Origin: Klebsormidium nitens
Lineage: Eukaryota; Plantae; Klebsormidiophyceae
NCBI GenBank assembly: GCA_000708835.1
Contig: DF237362.1
Span: 1-64,000, forward strand
Direction of reading: 5' to 3'
Length of the DNA: 64,000 bases
Shown here: in pieces, positions 12,501 to 24,762 of the stretch
Layout of the letters: every line of letters starts with the position of its first letter
Position numbering within the stretch: position 1 is the stretch's first letter
The notes under the pieces: generated by a model
Seen by the model: only the letters and a program-made list of their open reading frames with translations
The model's database searches: none
Told to the model about the DNA's origin: nothing
Made by a program: the position numbers and the translations under genes

Positions 12501-14188
12501 ACGCAGCTCGTTGGCGCCGTCAAAGACATCGTTGGGCAGGTGCGTGCGCAGGATGTTGATCACGGTGTTAATGTTGATCTCGATAGCGCGCACCGTGTTG
12601 TACTGCTGGAAGAATCTGCGAGGGGGAAAGGAGCTGCTTGCACGGGGGCGCTCGTGTGGTGTCGCAATGCGATCCGAGATAGCATACCGCCAAGGTAACT
12701 TGCCCCTAAAAGTCTGGAAGGAAATGGGAGCCTTATCGAGAAAAGGCGAAACTAAGAATGTATCTCAAAGATGCGTAAACCACTCATCTGCAGGGCTTAA
12801 GAAGCAGAGCTTTGCCTTGTGCGAATTGTGATATATTTCTCTAAGCGCGAGGCAAAAACTCAAAACATACGCAAATCAGTTTTCCGCACATAAAGGTGGC
12901 GAATCCTTTGGCCGTACGGTAGAAGTTGGTATTAGCAACGACTGGAGCGCTCTGATCAGTTTACTGGGCTTCTTATGAAGTGGTGCTACAGCTGTTTCCA
13001 TAGCTGGTCACACGAGATAGAAGCGACGGTTTTTGGAGCCCAGTTGATTCTAGCGGATTGCAAGTTGTCTTGACAGCAAGCCTATGAGTTTCGATCAGGT
13101 TCCATACACCAAAACATGAAATAATATGCAGAAAGGGAACGGATTGTCTTCGCGGCATCAGGTCAAACCTCTATATGAAGAAGGTCACGACTAGGGACGC
13201 CTGGACTTGCAGATTGAGATATGAATGCCTTAAATACCTCCAATTCCTAGATTGGAACTTAAGCTTCAGACAAACATTTTCTTGGTGCTGGGTTTGAGGG
13301 GCTCGTACTAACCTGGCATAGCAGTCGCCCGCGTGAATGACGACCATGAAGGTGACGAGCCCGCCGAAGAAACCGTAGATGAAGCTGCTCATCCAGGGCC
13401 AGCCATGCGCGTCCACAAAGAAGTCGACACTCTCCGAGTTGCCGAGCGCGGTGTAGTAAACGATGCTCAGCACAACGTTCATTGTCATCAGAAGCCAGAA
13501 GAAGGGGCTGCTGAACACGATTTTGGTCACCGTGCTGCTCCACGCGAACAGGTGGAGCAGCGTCTTGTTGGGGTCGTACAAGATGGTCATCGGGGCAATC
13601 TGGAGGCAGAGTCGCAAAAGGAATCAGCAGAAGATACTTGAGAGCAGAATCATGTGGGACTGAACGCTGCACCCGACATCTACTGCTCTTACTCAGAAAA
13701 AACGCAGCTGCAGCTCTCATTGCAGACGTCCGGCCAGTGAACAAGCAGCTCCAGCCACACCTCAACAGTAACAAGTGTAAACGCACTTGTCTCCCTTGCC
13801 TAGTCTGAGCCAGAAGATACATCCGACTTACTGTCACAATGCAACTAAACTCCTCCTTCAAGTTCCTCAAGATCAACAATAAATGATGGCCTCCAAAGAG
13901 CTTTCATGGGGGTGTCACGAAAATGTAGTTTGATCACAACATGCCATCTGCTTAAAACTCCGTGGACCTGTCTAGGATCACTTAGTTGAATCATAAGGCT
14001 GCCAAAGAATGGGCTAACTTCGTACTGACCTTGCCAGCACTCCTGAGCTTCTCCACCTCCTCAACATAGACGTTGCTGGAAAGGGGCCTGAACAGGTTCC
14101 CGTTGTTGTTCATTGCCGCGGGCAGCTGCTGCAAGCTTCCTATCTCCGCATCAAACTTGGCAGCGTCGATCTCCATGCCGGGGGCCAT
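9528..14188 (-). CDS. Bestrophin-like (UPF0187/RFP-TM) anion channel, paralog A, 7 exons, 395 aa
   Basis: Exons 14188-14030, 13599-13313, 12615-12471, 12074-11925, 11095-10955, 10402-10207, 9637-9528 (1188 nt), all GT-AG and in phase. Motifs GGLVTFMVVIHAGDCYARF and RELANNLAEPFGSDESDIP resemble bestrophin TM2/RF and E-x-PFG-x-D-x-x-D-x-P. Confidence 0.85.
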
Positions 14189-15804
14189 TGCACTGCTGGG
14201 GAAACGTCATTCATGAGAAAACTGACCAGGGTTTACGTTTCTGTGGGATGAAAGAAGTTTTCGCGGTCAATTTGCACAAAGAACAACAGTGACACATAGA
14301 TGAAGTTAGGCGCTTGTATGAACTTCTTGCATCTGCCAATCTTGATCTCAGAAGCTGGTTTTCTTTCTTTCCACGCTGACAAGTGAGACGAGGCACTGCA
14401 ATGATAACATGAGAAGAACACCGCCTGATAGACTGGTTAAACGCGCGCAAGCCTGCCACCAACAGAAGTTGCTGTCAGGGCCATGCTTTGTGATTTGAGT
14501 TTGAGCTTGGGCTGAGACAAAAGCGCCCGCTCCAAGCAATCTTTTAAGGAAGCTTCGGCAGCGACACGCTAAATCAGAGAGACACCAAACGGCCTTGGTT
14601 GGCTTAAGTGTGTACCAGCCATTAAACTTCAGCATTTGCTGCTGCTGTCAGGATTCAGGCCCAGGCATTTTTACCACTTAACTTGGACATCAGAAGTGAT
14701 TGTGTAGTCTGAGATACAGACAGAACCTGAAGATGCTGTAGCAGAAGCTGCGAACTTTGCTGTCTACATTGGGTCTCTCTCCCTCATAGCTTGTACGATA
14801 TGAAGCATCTACAAGTACTGCAGACCAAAGTTTGATGTCATGCTGCCTGTCTACGCGCACGAGAAACCCCTGTATCTTGCCTGTCAAGTTGATGCACCTG
14901 ACGAGCTGATTTCTTGTAATATGACTCTTTAAAACCACTTTGGGGCCCAGGATCAGGGTTTAGGAAAAGAAAACCCAATCAACTGACTCAGTAAGTACTA
15001 CACAGCATCCTGAGCAAGCTCCTGAGATTTTTTCGTTCCAGACATTGAAGAATCATGTCTTACTTCTTCAGCCCTCAAACATCAAACGAAAGTGTCAAAG
15101 GGAGGCGAAACTACAATGCACTATTGTCGCTGCAGTCGGGTCGTTGAAGTCTGGCCATGTCGCCCTATAATGCGTTGGATTTCGCTCCACGTATGCTCAG
15201 GGATGTTGTCATGTTTTCTCCAAAGTCAAGAAGAGTTGGCCAGAAGACAGAGGAAATCAGCAGCAGCTTGACATGATACACTACACAAGGGCTCACCTGT
15301 CTGGTGCAATCAGCCACACAGCGGCAGTAATGCAGCCTTCTCTTGGGATTTCTGTACGGCTCTCAGCGACTACTTGCCTGCAACAAGGCTTGTCCCTATA
15401 CTGGGGCTAAATATACTGTCGGGAGCGCAGCCGTTGTACTATGTCATTTATGCCCTCGTTTCCAGAACAGGCCAGGCCGTCCCTTGGTTTCTGCCCGCCC
15501 CTACGGCACGCACCCTGTTTGAGCAACCCAGTCAGACGCTTCGCAGCCCTGCTATGCCCTGCTGTACCAAGGCACTGACCATTAGTCCTGAACCCTTCAA
15601 TAACCTTGCAGAAACACAAAGTAGATACCTGCCGGCTCGTGGCAGCAGCATACCACTTCTTTCACCTCGCGACCACCATTGGCATGACAGCATGAACGGG
15701 TCTCAAGTCTCAACTCTATTATTATACTTTTCCTCCAGTTGCAGCGCAGAGCTCATGAGTTGTGACCACAAACTTCAAAGGCTAGAGCCTAGCTGCCTCT
15801 ACTA

Positions 15805-17300
15805 GGTAGGTAGGTACGGTAGGTACCTAGCCGGTTTCCAGTTCCGTCGTGAGTCGTGACTCGTCCCCTCCGAACAAGGTCGCGACTGGAAGACTGTACA
15901 CGGGACAGTCGTAGGCTACTCGTAGCTAGGTAGGCAGGTACCATCCGTACGGTCTGTACATTGACCTACGGTATTAAAGGTAATCTCCGTACCAAGTGCA
16001 CCGGTCGTGCACAATAGGCTATGCAGAGCTAGTGTCCCGGGAAAGCGTACCGGGTTCTCCAAATAGACCTTTCCCGAACGGGCGACAGGGTTTGGTGCTC
16101 GGCTCGGATGCTTTTCGCACGGAGGATTTTGAGCTCCGACCAGTACCGGCCGTGATCGAACGCATTAATGAGGACGGGTTCACGTCGTCTCTGTCGCGAA
16201 CGTCAACATTGGCCGGCCCCGGGCCATGAAGACAGGAAATATGAGCACGCATACGGGCCGTGGTCTCTGCACATACCGTAATTATAGAGGGCCCGGAATC
16301 GGTTGTATCGAATCGAGAGCCCGACTCCCCCTTTGTAATCTGACTTGCATGAAGCCGGTACGTATTCTGCAGAATGTTCGTCAACATGCATATAAGCTTT
16401 CGATTGACAAGACCGGTAGATGCCGGTGCTCATACCGGCGCGGCGCGACCTTTGGGTTAGAGTAGGTACAGTTTTTGCTGATACCCACCTGTACCTGACC
16501 AGTGAGCGGGGTACCAAAGACGGGCCGAAATTCAGATAGGAAGAAGTAAACTTCATAAGTGTAATAAGGTCTGACAGTAATAAGGAGCCGACGAAGACGG
16601 GTGGGGACCGGGGTTAATCTGGTGGCTAGGGACCAGGGTGGGTCCGGGTGCGGAACGAGCCATTAGTGGTTAGGGTTTCAGTGTACCTAAATAAACCAGA
16701 AGTTTTCTCTTCGTATATTTACAAATAGAGCCTTATTATTATTATTGAATTTTATGGTTATGATATATATGTAGAGGTACGTACCTGCCTCGAGGTACCT
16801 ATGCCCGTACCTACTGGATGCGCAAATCCGTTGGTACCACGTACCTACTTACCCTCGAACTACCTAGGTACCAGCTTCTTCCCGAGCAACCTGCAAGCTT
16901 TAGCCAATATAGGTACCAATATAGGTACGTAGCACCGTTTAATAACTACGGTACCTACCACAGGCCCGGGCACACAAACTCAGAGTCAGGACCCAGGAAT
17001 CAGGATCGAACTCAAGAAATGATATACGTTAGAGATGATCATAAATTAAACCGCACCAAGATGGGGAGGGTTAGCACGGTGATTAGCGTTGGTACACCTG
17101 TGGATCAGGCGTTCTGGGTGTAAGGTAAGTTGAGGTTTTTTAAATCAAACCTTGGCTTAACCGGTATTTCAAAAAAAGAAATTATTTCTTGACTTTCAAG
17201 TCTCCGGGGACCAGGGTAGCCGGGTACCTCCTGCGGTAGGTACCTAGGTACCTGTGCATTAATGGTGGCGCGAGCTGAGAAACTGGTTGGTAGGTACAAT
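15805..17300. mobile_element. Decayed TE/repeat relic, strongly GTAC/CTAG-enriched, with a broken ORF on the minus strand
   Basis: About 29 GTAC counted in ~1.5 kb (about 6 expected at 1/256), TAGGTAGGTAC runs and an (ATT)n patch near 16733-16746. Family not identified. Confidence 0.5.
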
Positions 17301-17395
17301 AAACACCTCTGAACTTTGAAGTGTCAGTGTCAGGAATTCAGATCGCTGACATAGAAGGGAGATTCCAGAATCCTAATGCGGCATGCCCTCAGCTA

Positions 17396-17668
17396 CCGTA
17401 GCGCCAAGGGAATTCACCACCTTTTTGTGCGAATAATTGATTTCGAAAGATTTTAGGTTTCACCGAGCGGAATGGATATTTTCCAACATTTCGCACAAAA
17501 GGCGAATCTGGTTTTTTTTGCCCATTTCCCCCTATATTTCAGCCGTATGACAATACTTTTACCAATATTTTTCATTTCGTCATTTCAACCTCGGATTTCA
17601 AATAGTTTCAAAATTTTCACACCGACCCCAAAATATTTAACTTCAGGTGAGTTCCCTTGGCGCTACGG
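17396..17668. mobile_element. Tc1/mariner-type MITE, 273 bp, 23-bp TIRs, TA target duplication
   Basis: TA|CCGTAGCGCCAAGGGAATTCACC ... GGTGAGTTCCCTTGGCGCTACGG|TA (22/23 match); AT-rich non-coding interior. Confidence 0.8.
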
Positions 17669-18661
17669 TATACCTAGGGCCTGGAGGCTGGCCCCTGGGC
17701 GGTGGCCCCTTCAAGTCCAACACAGGATCGCCTAATTTTGAAACACAGTACGGTATGTAACTTCCAGTCTTAAAATGTTCAGGTAATAGCGAAAGTCAAC
17801 TCCTCTCCACCATTTTCTTCAAAGTGATTAGGCTGGCAGCTCTGCCGGTAGTTGAGCACAATCTGCGGCTGGGCGCAAAGCAAACCGCTCTGTTGATGTG
17901 GAGCCGGCTTCTTGCATTGGTAAGTGATACGCTTGAGCTCATCGGCAAGGCCACTGCTTATCTAGGCAGGAATGTCGAGAGATCCATCGGACCTTTGAGA
18001 TCTGTGGTATCCGCTTGCAGTTCATCAACCAACATTGCTACACGAACACAAAGCTTTGGCTGAGGACTCTGGAAGAATCGGCTGCTCCTTTTGAATAAGT
18101 TCTGGTTTGGTGTATCAATGCTGATGTCGTTATTGCCCGCGTTATTGCCAATGCAGGGTCTCTCAGAATACTGCTATGGCAATTACAGACTGGATAGCAC
18201 TTTTGGAACTTCATGTGATTCGTTGCGAGAGCCAGGACATTGCCCTTGTCCTCTTTACTGATGATGGAGTGAAGGGTTTTCTTACGGGTGAATCTGAATG
18301 CAAACAGTCCCTGTCTCTCAGGCTCACTGACAGTCAAGCATCACTGCTGCTCAAGAACCACTGAACGTGGTTTCGCTACTTTCAGCAATGACCCCCAGCT
18401 GATTTCAGAGCACTTGATTCTGCCCCTGGACTTTGCATTGCCTCCATGAACGTGGAGTCAATGTTCTGACTTTGCTGCACCCCGGCACTCAAATGCAGCT
18501 ACATGTAAATGCGCCTTTGGACCACATGGTGTCAACCAAGCAATTGTGAGGGCCCATGTAGCACTGATCGCATCTGATTTAAAACTCAAAGCCCCTTTGT
18601 AACATGCTTGGTTTTTTTCGGTGGCAGGTTGACTAGTGTGCCACCGTGATAGAGAATAGTC

Positions 18662-21600
18662 ATGGCTTCCAGTACGTCCACCCCCCTGCTCGGCGATCAA
18701 AGCGCCGCTATGGAGAACGGGCACATCAAGCGACTTCCCGCCGCCATCGGCAGCAAATTCCGGCGGGCGGAGACTTCTGATTTCTCGGCCGCATTGGAGA
18801 AGCTGAAGGACGAAGGGAAGGTGAGAGTGGTGTGAAAAAGAGTCGTACCCTGTGAAATTCTGGTGAGGGTCTATGTCAAAGGCTGACCCTGCAATAGGAG
18901 GGACTCAGGCCGCATGCATGCACCGCAGAATTGGCAGGGTTTGCGAGTAAAGGAAGGGCAGAGTGTAGCTGTGACTTCAGTCCTCGGTGAGCAGGTTGTG
19001 ATTTCTGAAAGAGATTGCAAATGTGATCAAACGAAGGGCAAGGTACATTCCATCTTTTGAAGATTCAGGACTTCCTCGTTTGACTCTCCCAATCACAACC
19101 CTCATTTTTACTTCTTTCTCAAAGTGTAGGTTCCTTGGATACTTTGATCTCAATATTGTGTGGTGTGAATGGCGACCTCGTTGTGTGAAATGAACACCTT
19201 GTTGCATGCATTGCGTTCACGTTCAATGCAGCAAACGAACGTGCATCGCAGTAAATGCGCTCTTGGTCCGCCATAACCCTTGTGCTCTATTTTACAGCTC
19301 AAGCAATGGTGGGAATCCTCTGATACCCTCCCGTTTCGACAAGTCAAATGCAATGCAAGCGCCAACGGTAGGAGTGCTCCTGCGCTTATGCACCCCCTCA
19401 TTCTGTCTGCTGCAGGTGGCCCCCGCCACAATCACTTACGACGCCAACTACCCCCTCCGATACGCCCTCATGTTGGCAGGCACATCTGTCAAGATGTGCC
19501 TCAAGAGCTTCACCTTCTGGATGGTCATCCTTGAGAATGTCATCCTCTCATACGTCTACTATGCGATCTGCCACAACCACGAGAACTTTGATGGCTCGTT
19601 TGACACGGGCGGCTGGCCCTACATTACGTCCGCCATCTGGGGCAGCTTTGGTGGTATCGTGACGTTCATGCTCGTGTTCCACGCCAGCGATTGTTACAGC
19701 CGGTAAGGGTCTAATCTTGAATTCACACATGTTTGGGGAATCTGGAGTTGCTAGGTCCTGTCATCAATTACCACAAATATGGGAGAAAAAGATGTCCGAA
19801 GACGGTTGTCAATTAAAACTTTGATCTCTTGAAAGTGTTGACTTGGACTGGACGTTTGGTACAAAGGCGCTGCAATGCACAGTGGAACATTGCACGAATT
19901 TTAAAGGGCTTGCTTTTGGTTGGCGCCATTATTCACTGATTCTGATTCGCGCGCAGGTTCGCCCAATACTTGTCAATCAAGCTTGAAGCAGCCAGAGTTT
20001 GCTTGAGATAATCTCCGGGCAACCCTAAGTGACAGTTTCTAGGTGCATGCACGCATCTCTTCTTAGAAGGATTGATCGCTTTATCACGGCTTTTTGAAGC
20101 CACCAGAATGAGGAAGAGTTCTTCAGTGAGTGCCCCTTCGAAAACTTCTCCTTCTGCAGCAACTAGGACCAGAGTCCGCAATCTCTACTAGTTCCTTGAC
20201 ACAGGGCATCGCCAAATCCTGCAGTTTCCAGAAGCAGTACGACACCGTGCGCGCCATCGAGGGCAGCGTTCACACCGTGATGGGCCTCCTGCGCACCCGC
20301 ATCCCTGACGACGCTTTCCCCGGCGCGAGGACCGTGCGCAACAAGGTGGCCAAGTGGGCCATTGCGCAGACGTACCTGGGCTTTGGCTGGCTCCCGACCA
20401 ACCGCGAGAACGGCGTGGATGAGTGGACCTGGGAGCGCGTGGTGAAATGCGGCCTGGTGGGGAATGAGGAGATTGAGCATCTGCTGGCGCTGCACCCCGG
20501 CGAGTACCCCGTCAGCGAGGTGAGGCTTGGAACCTCAGGGTTTTGACTCTACAGGGTTCAGAATTTTCAGTTGGGTAAGACTTTTCGAGTTTTAACAGCA
20601 CGCTCCATACTTCCAGGCTTGTAGCAATCGAAGTTTGAGAGTTCTACCAGTAATGGATAAGGTGCAAGCCTGGGATGCCTCCCCGACCTTGAGCAGGTCT
20701 ATTACTTGCAGTTGATGTAATGCGCCTGGTTTTCAGCTCGTTGAAGAAGAACTAGTCTTCTGGGCTTTTTGCCGTGATGTTCCAGTATATCTTAGTGCCT
20801 TTGAGCAGAATAATAAGCTCTGACCTAGTATTCGGGTCGCTCCACACTGTAGCTCGTCCCCATGTTGCATCTTTTACTCCGTCAGGACAGCAACTATGCC
20901 TCCGTTTTCGTCTTCCAGACAGGCATTATCTTGGTCAAAAGCACACACAAAGAAGGCCTCCGCACCTTGGGCGGGTCCCATTCAGGCAGCTTGAGATGTG
21001 CGCCTCTTTTGCTCCTAGCTCCTGAAAACGAATCCTACTCCGGCCTTTATCCTCTCTTGAACTTCTAGAAGTACGAAAGCTCACCTACGGTCACGGCGAG
21101 ACAAGCAGGAGCGGTTGGGATTAAAGGAGCAACGAAGCCAAGAGCAGCCAGATTCGTTCTTCTCAACACGTCGTAAAGAGCGCACTCGAAAGTGTGATGA
21201 AACATGGACAAAACTTACCTAATTTGGGCAACTCTAACCTCTTAGCATTCAAGCTACACAGTACGGAACCAATCTCCTCTTCCGTGTGCAGCTCGAGTCG
21301 TGCGCCACGCAGTACCTGTGGGCCAATAAGGAGGAGATTGGCGAGGGCACCGTGTGCGAGCTCAGCGCCAACATCAGCGGCATCACCACCGGCTTCAAGT
21401 CGCTGTACGGAACCACCGAGATGCCGGTGGGCACAACAAACTTCAAGCCGTCTTGATACCATTTGAGTCCAACCCACTGCGCACAATAAACTTCACGCCG
21501 GCTTGATACCATTTGAGTCCAACCCACTGCGGTATGGGGTCGTTTTTTGGGGTTCTGAGACAAAAAGACGGTTAGGTCACGTAGAGGGCATAGCGCAACT

Positions 21601-23337
21601 TAGAGCTGCCGGCATCAGGTTGGGCGCATTGAGCAATCCCCCCATTGTTGTTTTGTGTAATGCCCTTAAACCTTATAAAAAGGCGTCTCTAGGATGACTG
21701 ACTTGGCGGAGGTTGCAGCGAAGTCACCTGCGAAGCGCGGAAGGGCTGCCTTCGGTCCTTATGGAAGATCCCTCTTAAACGTGCTCTGCCTAGACGCTGC
21801 TTCCACGAAAGTAAATCACTGGCATTTCAGGAGAAAGGCTTCTTATTGTCATAAAAGCCAAGATTTGGCATCGCTTCGCTTTCGTGCATCCTCAAGGGTC
21901 CCTGTCACGCGGATTTTGTAGGCGGACTCCAAATTGAAGCTCGTCCGAGCTTCGAAGATGGAGCGGGCGCGTTTTCTGTGAAGTTCGTGTTGGGTTCTGG
22001 TCTAGTTCAAGAAAATTTTAGCCAGGTTCAAATTTTCCTTCCCGCTCTCATCAAGCTCCTTAACGACCCACGTCAAGGTCCGCCCGCGACGAAGCCTCTC
22101 CATCTTCTCTTTACCAATCTTATCCGCTTCCACAACCGGGTTCTAGACCCGCGAAACTTAAGCAAGATGGTTTCTTTAAGACATGCGCAGTCCCAAGCCT
22201 GACACCACTCTTCCCCCTTCCGCAGGTGCCGTTTGCGCTGTACCACTACATCACGCTGATGAACACGGCGTGGCTGGTGCTGATCAGCTACATGTTCATC
22301 TTCTACTCGCGCTACTGGGGCATCATCGCCACCATTCTCACCGTCCTCGCCTTCCAGGGCCTGCGCGAGATCGCCAACGTGCTCGCGGAGCCGCTCGGCA
22401 ACGACGAGACCGATATCCCCGTAAGGCTCGCTCACAAGGGATCTCGTGAAACAGTTTTTGTATCACTCGTACAATGCGTTAATTGACTTTGGAGAATTTT
22501 GGCAATGCGCCTCACCGCGTTTCGCTTTTGTGGGCGGTTTGGATTTTGCGATTACCAGGCCACCAGGCTTTTGTTCTCGTCCGCTCCTCTGAAAGCTGCC
22601 GGAGGGGAACTACAGAGACATACTCCTACAATGTTGCTCGCCACTTGTTTCGCTCATCATGACAACTCAACGCGTTCCTCTTAAATTTCCGCTGCTTTCT
22701 TCCTTCTTTCTTGCATGGGTACCTCGCTGTACTCTTCTTCGAGAGCCGTAACGAGCTCCTCTCCTGCTTCTCTATTCTGGTTTCTTCCTTTTCTGGGACC
22801 GTATCACAGAGGTGTGGATCCATGTTTTGCCGTTATGGACGTGAGGAGTGGCAAGCTGTGTGATGACGGTGTCGCGTGATTGCAAGCTTGCCGGAAATCT
22901 GGATAAGATGATTGTTTCCTCTACTTGGGAGGCCGTTCGATCATTTGGCAATCCACATCAGAAGTTTATGCAGGTCTCCACAGGCTGTCTCGTGGGAGTC
23001 CTTGTATTAAAACTCGCTTGTCTCCGATAATGACTGCAAAGCAGCTATTATCCAGCGCTTTGCTGTGGTTCTGAACGACTTACAAATATCGAGAAGCAGC
23101 GAATGAGTCGGGCTGAGATGAGCATGCAGCTTTTCACGGCGAAATGCTCCAAGAATAACATACGACGTAGCATTCGCTTACGACACTGAGGCACCACGCT
23201 TTTGACGAGGCACGTTCCATGCTCACCAGTGCCACGTGTCAAAACCGCAGGTGTTCGACTACGTGGTCCAATGGCACACCTCCATGGAGTCCACCATCAA
23301 TGCGCCAGCGGCCTTTGCAAAGAAGGTCAAAGCCTAG
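18662..23337 (+). CDS. Bestrophin-like (UPF0187/RFP-TM) anion channel, paralog B, 6 exons, 385 aa
   Basis: Exons 18662-18820, 19416-19702, 20225-20519, 21292-21426, 22226-22420, 23251-23337 (1158 nt), GT-AG and in phase. Colinear with paralog A; motif REIANVLAEPLGNDETDIP. Confidence 0.85.
21431..21530. repeat. Two tandem copies of a 50-nt unit just after a splice donor
   Basis: 21431-21480 vs 21481-21530, 47/50 identical. Confidence 0.9.
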
Positions 23338-24762
23338 GGTGTTCGTGGATGATCCATGGTCCACACGAGGGTCGTATACGACAGTCTATTTCGGACATTT
23401 TGGTGTCGAAACGACAGTAGGTGGTAATGCGTCCATTGGGCGCTTTAGGTGGGTTGGTTTTTTCAAGAGGTCTCATGTCAAGCGTTGGTAGCTATTGTCC
23501 TTTAGCAGTCGATGTCAGGCCTGTAAACATCACTGAGAAAACGGGATATAGCAGACTGCAACAAGTCAACAACAACTTGTTATCTTAGTAGACACCGGAA
23601 ATCTCAACCTGGTCAGCCACTCTTAAGGTGACTGTCTTACCTATACATGGGTCTGAGGGCCAAGTAAGTATCTGTTTTGACAATTGGGCATGTAAGTTTC
23701 TGAGTCAGCTCGCCAGTCCAAGCTGCCTTCAACGTATGTCGCTAGCCTAGTACATGTCTCTGTGTCAACTTGCCAATTCCTTAGCGTTTACGTCCGGTCC
23801 GACTCTAGAGTTATGACGTGCAAGGCCGTCTGTGACTGACGTGTTGAGACTTTGGAAGTGAAAGCCGCTGTATCTCCATATGGCACTGCACCACTATGCA
23901 TTCCACGCAGAGTCGGCTTCATGCGATAGCACATGTGCCAGTTGTTTTAGATAAGTGGGCAGCTCAATACAGCATGCATTAGTGAATGTTATGTTCTGCA
24001 GATCTGCAAAGAATAGTAGTGACCCGGCCCTATAAGTGGAGTAGTGCATGCTCACTGGGTCCGGTCGTCCCCCCACATGATCGAGTCGCCTACTGCCTAT
24101 GATGCACATTCTAAGGTGCATGGAGTCGCGGGCTCGGATCGCCCGCGACCTAGCGTTACGGACTACGTCGGGGGCAGAGGCGTTAGGAGGCCATGATCTA
24201 GCGCAAATGCTGGCCGATGATGGCGGCATGGAATAATGGTCTTGATTACCATGCATGCCGCCGACTCATATATGTGTACTCAATTCATGACGGCCCAAGT
24301 TTCATCATGCTACTACAGTGGGAACTTGAATTGTTATCCCGGAGAATTCGCGGATTCATGCTCCCAAGCTTTATAAGTCGGATGTTTGCGCGGCCAGCAT
24401 GATGGGGCGAACAAATAGTCAATTTTAGCTTGTCTGTTTCATGTGACTGATTTGCTGCAGTTGCTAATAGAGCATGTATGATATCATCAGTCATAAAAGC
24501 CTAGAACTGTCAACCCACGGGCCACGTACGTGTCGACGTCGGCTTGAATTATGCAAGTCAAGCGGATTACGACTTAACATTAAGTCTGTTCATGTCCTGT
24601 CGAAGATTCAATACGAAAGCAATTTTTTCAAAAATCCTCATCATTGGGTGATATAACTTATGTCTAGCGCCTCATGTAATACTCATTCAGTCAACCGTTC
24701 ATTTTTGATTCTCCGACTCTTCAGCAAATAAGTGCGCATCGAGCTCGTCAACATGCGGTGCA

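Noticed and set aside
14348-14938. Protein-like short ORFs upstream of bestrophin A, and similar ones at 17824-18364
   Set aside because: No recognisable motifs or splice structure; cannot be distinguished from chance ORFs or UTR/intron sequence.
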